This document shows positions 27,388 to 36,061 of a DNA stretch of 64,000 nt, piece by piece. A model generated the notes under the pieces. That model saw only the letters and a program-made list of their open reading frames with translations, ran no database searches and was not told where the DNA came from. The stretch is from Candidatus Latescibacterota bacterium (lineage in GTDB: Bacteria; Latescibacterota; UBA2968; UBA8231): NCBI GenBank assembly GCA_965248355.1, contig OZ252098.1:2912001-2976000 (forward strand), in the 5' to 3' direction. The translations under genes and the position numbers were made by a program. Numbering within the stretch: position 1 is the stretch's first letter; every line of letters starts with the position of its first letter.

Positions 27388-27609
27388 ATGAGCAAACTCA
27401 TCAAGCCGCAGAAGCAGTCCTACACCGGCGAGGACTCCCAGGTCCTTGCCTACTCCCTTGCCTGCGAGATTGCGTGGGCCACCCAGTACTGCGTGGCCTT
27501 GGTAGCGGTTGCTCTCATTTTTGGCGGGCCGGCTGGGGTGGCCGGGGTTGGCATCCTGTGTGTCGTCATCTACGTCGTCTCCACGTCGGCGTGCCACGGT
27601 TACATCTGA
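27388..27609 (+). CDS. RiPP/bacteriocin-like precursor peptide 3 (73 aa)
   Basis: Same RBS/5' block; leader MSKLIKPQKQSYTGEDSQVLAY, core ending HGYI. Confidence 0.88.
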   Translation: MSKLIKPQKQSYTGEDSQVLAYSLACEIAWATQYCVALVAVALIFGGPAGVAGVGILCVVIYVVSTSACHGYI

Positions 27610-27683
27610 CCTTCTCCCGAGAATTGCACCGTGCCTAGTACTCACTGACCAACCAAACCCCTTAGCGCCCCGTAGATGCCCCC

Positions 27684-29348
27684 ATGATCACAACATTCCT
27701 GTCGTCCTTGCCCCGGGTTTCGGAAGCGCTCTCCTACGCGGTCCGGGTCGAGGCCCGCACCCTGCGCCACGAGGCCCGGTCGAAGCCGGGAGACTTCTGG
27801 CCTGCCGTCGTACTCCTGGCCGCGGCCGGAGGGTTCTTCTGGCTGGGTCTCTGGTTATCACTCCACATCACCAAGGGCCTTCTCGGCGACGGGAACCCCG
27901 AGCTGGCCCTGGCCCTGGCCTCCGTGTTTCTCGCCTCCTACGCCTTCCTGTGGTTCTGCTTCGCCGTCGGCTTCGGCGGAGAGATCGTACCGATCTCCCG
28001 CCTGGAGAAGCTCGCCCAGCTTCGATGGACCCCGGGGCAGGCCTACGCGGCGGGCCTGGTGATGGCCGCCTTCAAGCCCCTGCCCCTGTTCTTCTCCCTG
28101 AGCTTCCTGACGATCGGGCTCACGCTCTTCCCGCCGGCCGGCGCCGCGTCCGTGCTGGCCTCGGGCCTGGCCACGGGCGTGACCGCTCTCGGCATCGTCG
28201 CCTTGACCCAGGGCGCCCGCTGCGCCATCGAGCTGGCGTCCTGGAAGGGCGCGCTGAGGACACTCGCCCGCGTCCTCGCGGGCGGACTGTTCGTGGCCCT
28301 GAGCCTGTTGCTCGCCTGGTCCCTGGTCGGCGGCGACTGGATCGAGCGGATTCGCGGGATTCCGGGCTCCTGGATCGAGATGGCGCCCACAAGCCTGCTG
28401 GCCCGGGCCTATCACCTGGCGGGGGAGGGACGCCTCGCGGACCTGCCGGGGCCCCTGGCCCTGCTCGGCGCCTTCGCGGCGGCCGGCTTCCTCTTCGGCT
28501 GGCGCCTCACCCGCCGGCGGGTCTTCCTCGCGGGCGGGTCCCGCCTGGCCCCGGCCGGCCCGCGCGACCGGATCCCGGGTCTGGCGCGGTGGCTCGGGCG
28601 GGTCCTGCCGCCGCCCTATCCGAACTTGGTGGTCCGCGAGGTGCTGGCCGCGATTCGCTGGAAGCAGCTCTGGATACAGGCGGCGTTGGCCGCGATGTTC
28701 GCATGCGGCGCTGCCATCACTCCTGCTCTCGCCCTCGCGGCCGGCGACGGACGCGCCAGTTTTCCCTACCCCTGGCAGATGCATGGCCTGGCGGTCGGCT
28801 TTCTCGCCGTCTTCCAGAGCGGGCTCGCGACCAACCTGTTCTCGAGAGACGGCAGGGCCGCCTGCGAGTACCTGCTTCTGCCCCTTGCCGAGCGGGAGAT
28901 CCTGGCGAGCAAGAACATCGCCTTCGCGATCATCCAGTACGCGGTGACGGCCCTCTGCGCCCCTGTCCTCCTCTTCGTGCTCTGGTTCCACGATCTCCTC
29001 GGACCCGGGCTCCAGGCCCTCGGGGCCGTGGTCCTGGCCCCCTTGGCGTTTGTCATCAGCGGCAACTATCTCTCGATCCTCAACCCCGCCAAGTCGCCCG
29101 GATCGAAGAAAGACCCGAGAGGCCATGTCCCGCGGAACAGCGGCCTCCTCCAGCTACTGCTGGGGACTCTCCTCGGCGCCGCGACGGCCCTGTATTTCTC
29201 GATCGATTCCGGGTACCTGCGCTACGCGGCGGCGGCCTTCGGGGTCCTGGCCGCGGCGGGGCTGCCGGCGGGGTACGTCCTCGCCCTGCGCCACCAGACC
29301 CGGCTGCTCCGGCAACGGCGCCTCGCCGTGGCGGAAGTGTTCTCGTAA
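27684..29348 (+). CDS. Polytopic ABC-2-type permease (export/immunity)
   Basis: ~12 TM helices; NLFSRDG..YLLLPL..ILASKN motif; precedes ABC ATPase. Confidence 0.75.
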   Translation: MITTFLSSLPRVSEALSYAVRVEARTLRHEARSKPGDFWPAVVLLAAAGGFFWLGLWLSLHITKGLLGDGNPELALALASVFLASYAFLWFCFAVGFGGEIVPISRLEKLAQLRWTPGQAYAAGLVMAAFKPLPLFFSLSFLTIGLTLFPPAGAASVLASGLATGVTALGIVALTQGARCAIELASWKGALRTLARVLAGGLFVALSLLLAWSLVGGDWIERIRGIPGSWIEMAPTSLLARAYHLAGEGRLADLPGPLALLGAFAAAGFLFGWRLTRRRVFLAGGSRLAPAGPRDRIPGLARWLGRVLPPPYPNLVVREVLAAIRWKQLWIQAALAAMFACGAAITPALALAAGDGRASFPYPWQMHGLAVGFLAVFQSGLATNLFSRDGRAACEYLLLPLAEREILASKNIAFAIIQYAVTALCAPVLLFVLWFHDLLGPGLQALGAVVLAPLAFVISGNYLSILNPAKSPGSKKDPRGHVPRNSGLLQLLLGTLLGAATALYFSIDSGYLRYAAAAFGVLAAAGLPAGYVLALRHQTRLLRQRRLAVAEVFS

Positions 29349-29366
29349 CAGGAGGCTGAGACCGAC

Positions 29367-30134
29367 ATGGAACCGACCGTGGAGCTGGAAGACCTGACCA
29401 AGCGTTACCGGTCCACCGTGGCCGTCCGTTCCCTCTCCCTGAAGGTGGAGCCGGGGGCGATCCTCGGTCTCGTGGGGCCGAACGGCGCCGGCAAGACGAC
29501 GCTGCTGAACATGTTGGCCGGGCTCCTCGAGCCGAGCGAGGGCTCGGTGCGCCTCTTCGGACGCACCTACGCCGAGGCCGGCAACGACATCCGGGCCCTC
29601 ACCGGCGTCATGCGGGACGATCCGGGGCTCTACGAGAGCCTCACCGGATCGGAGCACCTGAGCTTCACCGGCTCGGCGTACGGCCTCGATCCTGCAGAGG
29701 TCGCGGAGCGGTCCCGCGAGGTGCTGGCGTTCATGGACCTGGAGCAGGCCGCCGGCGAGACCGCCGCCACCTACTCGGCGGGCATGAGGAAGAAGCTGGC
29801 CCTGGCCTGCATCCTGCTGCACCGGCCCCGGATGGTCCTCCTCGACGAGCCCTTCGCCGCCCTGGACCCCGAAGCCGCCCTCCGGGTGGAGGAGCTGCTC
29901 CGCCGGCTGTCGGCCGGCGGCGCCACCGTGGTCCTCAGCTCCCACGTCCTCGAGCGCGTCGACCGGCTCTGCTCCGAGCTGGCCTTCATCAACAAGGGAG
30001 AGCTGATCCTGCGGGGCCCGCCCGACGAGCTGCGCGCCCGGGGGGCCGAGGGCAAGAAGGCCGGGAGTCTCGAGGAGCTGTACATGGATCTCGTCGCCCC
30101 GGAAGGGGAGCGGCGGGGGCTCTCGTGGTTGTGA
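29367..30134 (+). CDS. ABC transporter ATP-binding protein
   Basis: GPNGAGKTT, YSAGMRKK, LDEP, SSH. Confidence 0.92.
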   Translation: MEPTVELEDLTKRYRSTVAVRSLSLKVEPGAILGLVGPNGAGKTTLLNMLAGLLEPSEGSVRLFGRTYAEAGNDIRALTGVMRDDPGLYESLTGSEHLSFTGSAYGLDPAEVAERSREVLAFMDLEQAAGETAATYSAGMRKKLALACILLHRPRMVLLDEPFAALDPEAALRVEELLRRLSAGGATVVLSSHVLERVDRLCSELAFINKGELILRGPPDELRARGAEGKKAGSLEELYMDLVAPEGERRGLSWL

Positions 30135-31885
30135 GCCTGCCGGGCTGGCTCTCCTTTCGGCGACGGAAGCCGGCGGGGGGGTCCCTCCTCCCCTTTCTCT
30201 GGACCTTCCTCAGGCCCTACCGGCTGCGCGCGGCCGAGGCCTTCGCCGCCATGGTCCTGGCGGCGGCCCTCACCGTGCCCCTGCCGCTGGTGACGATCTA
30301 CCTCGTGGACGAGGTCTTCGCGGCCGGCTCGCGGAACACCCTCCACGTCGTCTGCGCCGGGGTGCTGGCCGTCTCCATCCTGAGCACGCTCCTGAGCCTG
30401 CTGCAGAGCTACCTGCTCACCGTCTTCGCGCGGCGCGTGTTCTTCGACATGGAGGTCACCCTCACCCGGAGACTGCTCGCGCAGTCGGCGGCCTACTTCC
30501 GAAAGGCGAGCCCCGGCTATCTCGCCACCCGGGCCAGCGACGACGTGCGCCAGCTCGGGGCCCTCATGGCCGGGACCTGGATCCAGGCCATGAACTCGGC
30601 CTTCGTGCTCGTCGTGGGCGCCGCGGTGATGACCGCCCTGAGTCCCGGGCTGGCCGCGATCCTGCTGGCCCACGTGCCCGTCCTGGCCGTGGTCAGCGTG
30701 CTCGTGGGTCAGAGGGTCCACGACCTCAACGCCGCGGTCCAGGAGCGCCGGGGGCAGACCCAGGCGGTGCGCATCGAGTCGCTGGAGAACATCACGGTGG
30801 TCAAAGCCTTCGGCGCCGAGCGCCGGCAGGTCGGACTGATCGCCAACAGGCTGCACCAGGAGCTCGACGCGGGCCTGGCCCGCGATGTCCGAGTGCTGGC
30901 GCTCTCCGGTGTCCAGAGCCTGGTGCACGCCGCCGGCTTTCTCGTCCTGCTGTGGGTGGGCGGGCTCGAGGTGATGAACGGCCAGCTGTCGCTCGGACAA
31001 CTCCTGGCGCTCAACTCCCTTCTCGCCCTCGTGCTCACGCCGACGGTACAGCTGTCCAACGTCTACATGAGCGTCAAGATGGCCCTCGGGATCCTGCAGC
31101 GGGTGCGCGACTTCGCCGGGCTTCCCCTGCACAGGGAGCGCGCCGGCAAGCCGCTCCTCGACATCGGTCCGGGCCGCGTGGAGTTCGAGAAGGTCTCCTT
31201 CCGGTTGCCGGGAGGGGGCGCCGTTCTGCACGACGTGTCGGCCACCTTCCCGGCCGGCCGGATCACCGCGGTGGTGGGCGGGACCGGAATGGGCAAGAGC
31301 ACGCTTGTGCGGCTCCTGCTCCAGCTGGAGGCCCCGTCGCGGGGATCGATCCTGATCGACGGCCGGGACTCGAGCGAATACGACCCCCGGAGCATCCGGG
31401 CCCACATCGGCTACGTCGAGCAGGAGGTGCACCTGTTCTCGGCGACGATCCGCCAGAACATCCTCTACGGCCGTCCCAGGGCCGCCGGAGACGACCTGGC
31501 CTGGGCGATCGAGATATCCGACTGCGCCGAGTTCCTCTCCCGGTTCCCGGACGGGATGGACACGCGCATCGGCGCCAACGGCGTCGAGCTCTCCAGGGGC
31601 CAGAAGCAGCGAGTCTGCCTGGCCCGGGCCATGGTCCGCAGACCGAGGATCCTCGTTCTCGACGAGACCACCGCCTCCCTGGACCCCGAGACCGAACAGA
31701 CCGTGATCCGCGCCCTGACGCAGGCCGGCGAGGGACGGACGACCGTCTACGTGAGCCATCGCCTCGCCTCGCTGGATTTCGCCGACCGGGTCGTGGTCAT
31801 GAACGGCGGGCGGGTGACGGGGGAAGGCAGTTTCCAGGACTGGGTCTCCGGAGGCGGGCCGGTCGCCGCCAGTGCCGGCCCATGA
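30125..31885 (+). CDS. Fused ABC exporter (TMD+NBD) without a C39 peptidase domain
   Basis: 6-TM domain then GGTGMGKST, LSRGQKQR, LDETT. Confidence 0.9.
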   Translation: MVVSLPGWLSFRRRKPAGGSLLPFLWTFLRPYRLRAAEAFAAMVLAAALTVPLPLVTIYLVDEVFAAGSRNTLHVVCAGVLAVSILSTLLSLLQSYLLTVFARRVFFDMEVTLTRRLLAQSAAYFRKASPGYLATRASDDVRQLGALMAGTWIQAMNSAFVLVVGAAVMTALSPGLAAILLAHVPVLAVVSVLVGQRVHDLNAAVQERRGQTQAVRIESLENITVVKAFGAERRQVGLIANRLHQELDAGLARDVRVLALSGVQSLVHAAGFLVLLWVGGLEVMNGQLSLGQLLALNSLLALVLTPTVQLSNVYMSVKMALGILQRVRDFAGLPLHRERAGKPLLDIGPGRVEFEKVSFRLPGGGAVLHDVSATFPAGRITAVVGGTGMGKSTLVRLLLQLEAPSRGSILIDGRDSSEYDPRSIRAHIGYVEQEVHLFSATIRQNILYGRPRAAGDDLAWAIEISDCAEFLSRFPDGMDTRIGANGVELSRGQKQRVCLARAMVRRPRILVLDETTASLDPETEQTVIRALTQAGEGRTTVYVSHRLASLDFADRVVVMNGGRVTGEGSFQDWVSGGGPVAASAGP

Positions 31886-32325
31886 GGATTCCCTCCCGCA
31901 TCGAGTGGACCGGGGCAGCGGTCCTGATCTGCGCGGCCGCCTGCTCCCTGCTCCTGCTGATGGGGCTGGTCCTCATCGACGTGGAGCGGGGGGTCCGGGT
32001 CTCGGGGACGGTGACGGGAGGGGATGGTACCTGGCGGCTCGAGGGCCCCGTGTCGAGCCGGAGTCTCGGGCTCCTGGGCGACGCCCGGTACGTCCTCGCC
32101 GCGAGGGGGAACCGCCGGATCCTGTTGGGAGAAGTGCGGGCGGTCGACGCGCGGTTCCGCCCAGGCGCGGGGGAAGTCCTCGCCGCCGTGGAGTTCGAGT
32201 CCACGGCCAACGGCGACGGCCGGTCCCATCCCGTGGAAGAGGGCCCCGCGAGCCTTTTCCTGGCCACACGGCCTTCGGGGCCCTTGCTGCTCGCCCTCCT
32301 CGAAAAGGTGAGCCCCGCGAGGTAA
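31882..32325 (+). CDS. Small membrane-anchored protein (truncated HlyD/adaptor-like)
   Basis: N-terminal TM then 'DVERGVRVSGTV'; ATGA overlap with exporter. Confidence 0.5.
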   Translation: MRIPSRIEWTGAAVLICAAACSLLLLMGLVLIDVERGVRVSGTVTGGDGTWRLEGPVSSRSLGLLGDARYVLAARGNRRILLGEVRAVDARFRPGAGEVLAAVEFESTANGDGRSHPVEEGPASLFLATRPSGPLLLALLEKVSPAR

Positions 32326-32415
32326 AGCGCGAGGGGCGCCTGGGGAGACGCCCGTGCGATCGTTCCCGGAGAGTCCGGGAATGCCCGCCTGAGCCAAACC
32401 AGAAAAGGTCATGTC

Positions 32416-33189
32416 ATGAAGAGATGGGCAGAGAGAGGCACGAAGGAGGAGGAGAGGGCGCACCTGGTGGACCGCGTGCGCCTCGTGGTGGCGTCGCCGC
32501 GGCAGGCTCTCGGCGCCATCCTCGAGAGCCGCCCCTGGGTGGACGTATTCGTGGTGCTGAGCCTGGGGAGCGCGCTGTTCTCGTGCCTCTCCCTGCACCT
32601 GGCGGGGGACCAACTGGAGCTCGTGCCGGCCGGACTGCTCACCGAGTCCCAGCAGGATGTCGTCGCCGTCCTGAGGTTCGCGGCGATCGTCCTGCTTGCG
32701 TTCCCGGTCACCCTCGTCAGCCTCCTGGCGCCCGCGTTCTTCCTGTGGCTGCTGGTGCAGATGTTCGAGGAATGGAGCGACTTCCGGTCGATCCTGGCCG
32801 TCGTCGCCCACGCGAGTCTGGTGTTGCTGTTCTCCCAGGCGGCGGACACCATCCTGCTCGCCCTGAGATTGCAGGGGCAAGAGGCCGTGGGCCTCTCGGA
32901 GATGGGAGCCCAGGCCGATCTGGGCCTGCTCTTCGACCTCGGCGGGGCCCCCCTTCTCGCGGTCCTCCTGTCGTACACCAGCCCTTTCAAGATCTGGTTC
33001 TATGGACTCCTCGTCCTCGGCATCGGCCGGGCCTGCCGGCTGACCTGGCCGCGCAGCGCCGGCGTCGTGGCGCTCCTCCTCGTCGCCAGCCTCGCGCTGA
33101 GAGTGAGCCTCACCTTCCTGACGGATTCGGCCTCCGAGTCCCTCACCGCCGACTCCGACTGCCCCGCCTGCGAGCTGCTGCCACACTGA
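32416..33189 (+). CDS. Yip1-domain membrane protein with C-terminal CxxC
   Basis: VVASPRQAL...FRSILAVVAHA...SPFKIWFYGLLVLGI; ends DSDCPACELLPH. Confidence 0.8.
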   Translation: MKRWAERGTKEEERAHLVDRVRLVVASPRQALGAILESRPWVDVFVVLSLGSALFSCLSLHLAGDQLELVPAGLLTESQQDVVAVLRFAAIVLLAFPVTLVSLLAPAFFLWLLVQMFEEWSDFRSILAVVAHASLVLLFSQAADTILLALRLQGQEAVGLSEMGAQADLGLLFDLGGAPLLAVLLSYTSPFKIWFYGLLVLGIGRACRLTWPRSAGVVALLLVASLALRVSLTFLTDSASESLTADSDCPACELLPH

Positions 33190-35114
33190 TGGCCAATCTC
33201 TCCTTTGCGGACCTGACGGGACGTGGGGTGCGCGTCGCCATCATCGACAGCGGCCTCGACACCTCCCGCCCCGACCTCGCGAGGAACGTCGTCGGAGGCG
33301 TCTCGATCCAAGTCGGGGACGACGGGACCATTCGGCGGAGCGAGGACTACGCCGACGAGGCGGGACACGGCACCGCCTGCGCCGGGATCCTCCGCGGCCT
33401 GGCTCCCGAGGTGGAGCTGTCGATCATCCGGATCTTCGACGCCCTCCTCTCCGCCCGGGCCTCGGTCCTGGAGGCCGCCCTCGAGCACGCCGGCGAGGAG
33501 GGCGCTCACGTCATCAACGCGAGCCTCGGAGTCACCGACACCGCGGTCGCCGGCCGTCTCCGGGATGTCTGCCGCAGCCTTCAGCGCGCCGGCATCTGCA
33601 TCGTCTCCGCTCAACCCCGCGGCGGCGAGCGCAGCTTTCCCGCGGAGTTCGAGGAGGTGATCGGCGTCGAGGACGGGGACGTCCGCGGCAAGTACGGGTA
33701 CCACTACCGCGCCGGCCGGCCCATCGAATGCGTCGCCAAGGGAGGCCCCCGCCGGGTCGTCTGGCTGAACGGGGAAGAGGCGCTGAAGAGCGGCGCGAGC
33801 TACGCCGCACCCCATATCAGCGGCATCGTGGCGCTCCTGAAGGAACGGTACCCAACGGCCGGCCTCGAGGAGATGCGGAGGCTGCTCGAGAGCAACGCCA
33901 CCAGCCCCCCGAGCGCGAGTCCCCGGGGACGGGGGAAGAAAGCCCGGAGCCCCGGGGGAAAGGGGCGCCCCGGCCGGGTGGATCGGCGGCCCTCCTCGCC
34001 GTGGATGCGCCGCGTCGTCCTGTACCCCTACAGCAAGGAGCTCCACGGCCTCGTCCGCTTTCGGGATCTCACGGGCCTGGAGGTGGTGGGCGTGGCCGAT
34101 CCGGCGGGCCGGCGCCTGGTGGGCAAGGACGCGGGAGAAGCGATCGGCGCGGAACCCGCGGGTGTCATGATCGGGCCTGCCCTCGCCGGCGAGCTGGGCG
34201 CCGGTGACACGGTGATCCTGGGCTATCTCGACGAGCTCGGACGGATCGCGAAACGCGACCTGCTGAGGGATGCCATCGAAGCCGCCCTCGCCGGCAACCG
34301 CAACGTCTACAGCCTGAATGCGGTGCCCGAGTTGAGGTATGGAGACTTGTACGCCGAGAGCCGCCGCAGGGGGCTCCGGTTGGCCTATCCCTCGGTCTCC
34401 ATCGCCGAGGTGGAGAGGACGATCCGGGAGAAGTCGACCCTGGGCAAGATCGCCGTGCCCGTCATCGGCTTCTTCGGGACGAGCTCCCAGCAGGGAAAGT
34501 TCACCGCCCAGCTGGCCTTGCGCCGCCATCTGCTGAAGCAGGGCTACCGGGTCGGCCAGCTCGGCACGGAGCACCAGTCCGGGCTCTTCGGTTTCGACTA
34601 CACCTTCCCCATGGGGTACGCCTCGCCCCTCGAACTGCCCCTTCAGCGCTTCGAGCCCTTCCTGGACGCCAAGCTCAGGGAGATCCATCACGACAAGAAG
34701 CCCGATGTGCTCATCGTCGGGTCCCAGTCGGGCACCATCCCCTTCGCCATCGACGAGCCCCGGAGCCATCACTTCGGGAGTCTCGCCTTCCTGTTGGGCG
34801 CCAAACCCGATGTCTGCGTGCTGGCGGTCAACTGCATGGACCCGGAGGAGTACGTGAGGCACACCATCGACGCCATCCGGATCGTCGGGAAGGCCCGGAC
34901 GATCTGTCTCCTGCTCAGCGACAAGCAGAGGCGCGTGGAGTCGGCCCATGGCCACACCTGGATGAGTTCCAGGGTCCTGAAGGGCGCGGCGCTGCAGGAG
35001 GCGCTGAAGGACCTGGAGGACCGGTTCGGCCTTCCCGCGGTATGCCCCGCCGACCCCGGCGGTCAACGCCGCCTCGCAGAGACCGTGGAGACGGCGCTCT
35101 CGGCGGCCGCCTGA
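33189..35114 (+). CDS. S8 peptidase fused to a DUF1611/TIGR04066-like P-loop domain (peptide maturation protein)
   Basis: IIDSG / GHGTACAG / SGASYAAPH triad; C-terminal PVIGFFGTSSQQGKFT...GYRVGQLGTE...VGSQSG. Confidence 0.8.
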   Translation: MANLSFADLTGRGVRVAIIDSGLDTSRPDLARNVVGGVSIQVGDDGTIRRSEDYADEAGHGTACAGILRGLAPEVELSIIRIFDALLSARASVLEAALEHAGEEGAHVINASLGVTDTAVAGRLRDVCRSLQRAGICIVSAQPRGGERSFPAEFEEVIGVEDGDVRGKYGYHYRAGRPIECVAKGGPRRVVWLNGEEALKSGASYAAPHISGIVALLKERYPTAGLEEMRRLLESNATSPPSASPRGRGKKARSPGGKGRPGRVDRRPSSPWMRRVVLYPYSKELHGLVRFRDLTGLEVVGVADPAGRRLVGKDAGEAIGAEPAGVMIGPALAGELGAGDTVILGYLDELGRIAKRDLLRDAIEAALAGNRNVYSLNAVPELRYGDLYAESRRRGLRLAYPSVSIAEVERTIREKSTLGKIAVPVIGFFGTSSQQGKFTAQLALRRHLLKQGYRVGQLGTEHQSGLFGFDYTFPMGYASPLELPLQRFEPFLDAKLREIHHDKKPDVLIVGSQSGTIPFAIDEPRSHHFGSLAFLLGAKPDVCVLAVNCMDPEEYVRHTIDAIRIVGKARTICLLLSDKQRRVESAHGHTWMSSRVLKGAALQEALKDLEDRFGLPAVCPADPGGQRRLAETVETALSAAA

Positions 35115-35116
35115 AG

Positions 35117-36061
35117 ATGACCGGACCCATGGGAGCGATGAGGAAGGCGATGCTCGCCGCGCTCGCGGCGGGCCTGTTCGTGCCGGGATGCCGGGGCGGC
35201 CAGGAAAGCTCCACGGTGCCGGGGCACCCGGTCGTCCGGGCCGTCCGTGGAGAGCTGACCGACAGGCTCTCGGCCGATGGCCGTCTCGAGTTCGCCGAGA
35301 TCGTGGACGTCAGCTCCACTCTCTCGGGCACCGTGACCTGGATCGCCGGGGAGGGTGGGATCGTGAAGGAGGGTGACCGGGTCGCCACCGTGCGGGGGCG
35401 GCAGGGACGGACCGCCAACGTCCCGGCGACCCGGGGAGGCACCGTGGTGAAGCGGCACGTGGACGCGGGAGAGAGCGTCCTCTCCGGTTTCGAGGGCGGG
35501 ACCGCGCTGGTATCCATCGCCTCCACGGAGAGCTTCATCGCCCGCTGCGACGTGGCCGAAGTGGACGTCGAGTCCTGGAGCCGGGACGGGCCGGCGGAAA
35601 TCACCGTGCAGGCCTTCCCCGAAGACCGCCTCGAGGGACGGGTGAAGCGGATTTCGAAGATGGGCCGCAGGAGCCCGGGCAGCCACATGATCACCTTTGA
35701 AGCGGTGATCGGCCTGCAAGAGACCACCGACCGGCTGCGCCACAACATGTCCTGTGTCGTGGAGGTTCCGACGTACGTGCAGAGGGACGTGATCTCCCTG
35801 CCGTTGCAGGCCGTCGTGCTCGAGGGCTTCGAAGCCGCCGCCTGGAGAGCCCGCGGTCCGGTGGGAGCCCGCGCCTGGTTGTGCTCGGCGGAGGACCCCG
35901 GCGGCGGAGGCGCGGCGCCGGCTTGCCCCCGGGACCACTTCAGGCAAGTGGGGCTGAGGATCTCGCGAGGCACGGAGAGCCGCGTCGTGGTCCTGTCCGG
36001 GCTCCGGGCCGGGGATCTCGTCGCCGCCGATGCAGCCGCCCTCGAGGAGGAGGCGGAGTGA
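35117..36061 (+). CDS. Efflux periplasmic adaptor (MacA-like), putative lipoprotein
   Basis: Lipobox-like VPGC, lipoyl-type repeats, LSGLRAGDLV terminus. Confidence 0.8.
   Translation: MTGPMGAMRKAMLAALAAGLFVPGCRGGQESSTVPGHPVVRAVRGELTDRLSADGRLEFAEIVDVSSTLSGTVTWIAGEGGIVKEGDRVATVRGRQGRTANVPATRGGTVVKRHVDAGESVLSGFEGGTALVSIASTESFIARCDVAEVDVESWSRDGPAEITVQAFPEDRLEGRVKRISKMGRRSPGSHMITFEAVIGLQETTDRLRHNMSCVVEVPTYVQRDVISLPLQAVVLEGFEAAAWRARGPVGARAWLCSAEDPGGGGAAPACPRDHFRQVGLRISRGTESRVVVLSGLRAGDLVAADAAALEEEAE

Larger units (their letters stand above)
26564..27683. repeat. 21/22-nt inverted repeat system: forward copies 26564-26585, 26906-26927, 27341-27362; reverse copies 27222-27242, 27663-27683
   Basis: GGGGGCATCTACG(A/T)GGGCGCTA upstream of each precursor; TAGCGCCCCGTAGATGCCCCC downstream of precursors 2 and 3. 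Confidence 0.9.

Noticed and set aside
26609..27609. Precursors as canonical circular bacteriocins, sactipeptides or lanthipeptides
   Set aside because: No SpoIIM/DUF95, SPASM rSAM or Lan enzyme in the cluster, and cores are not cationic. Cyclisation cannot be fully excluded.
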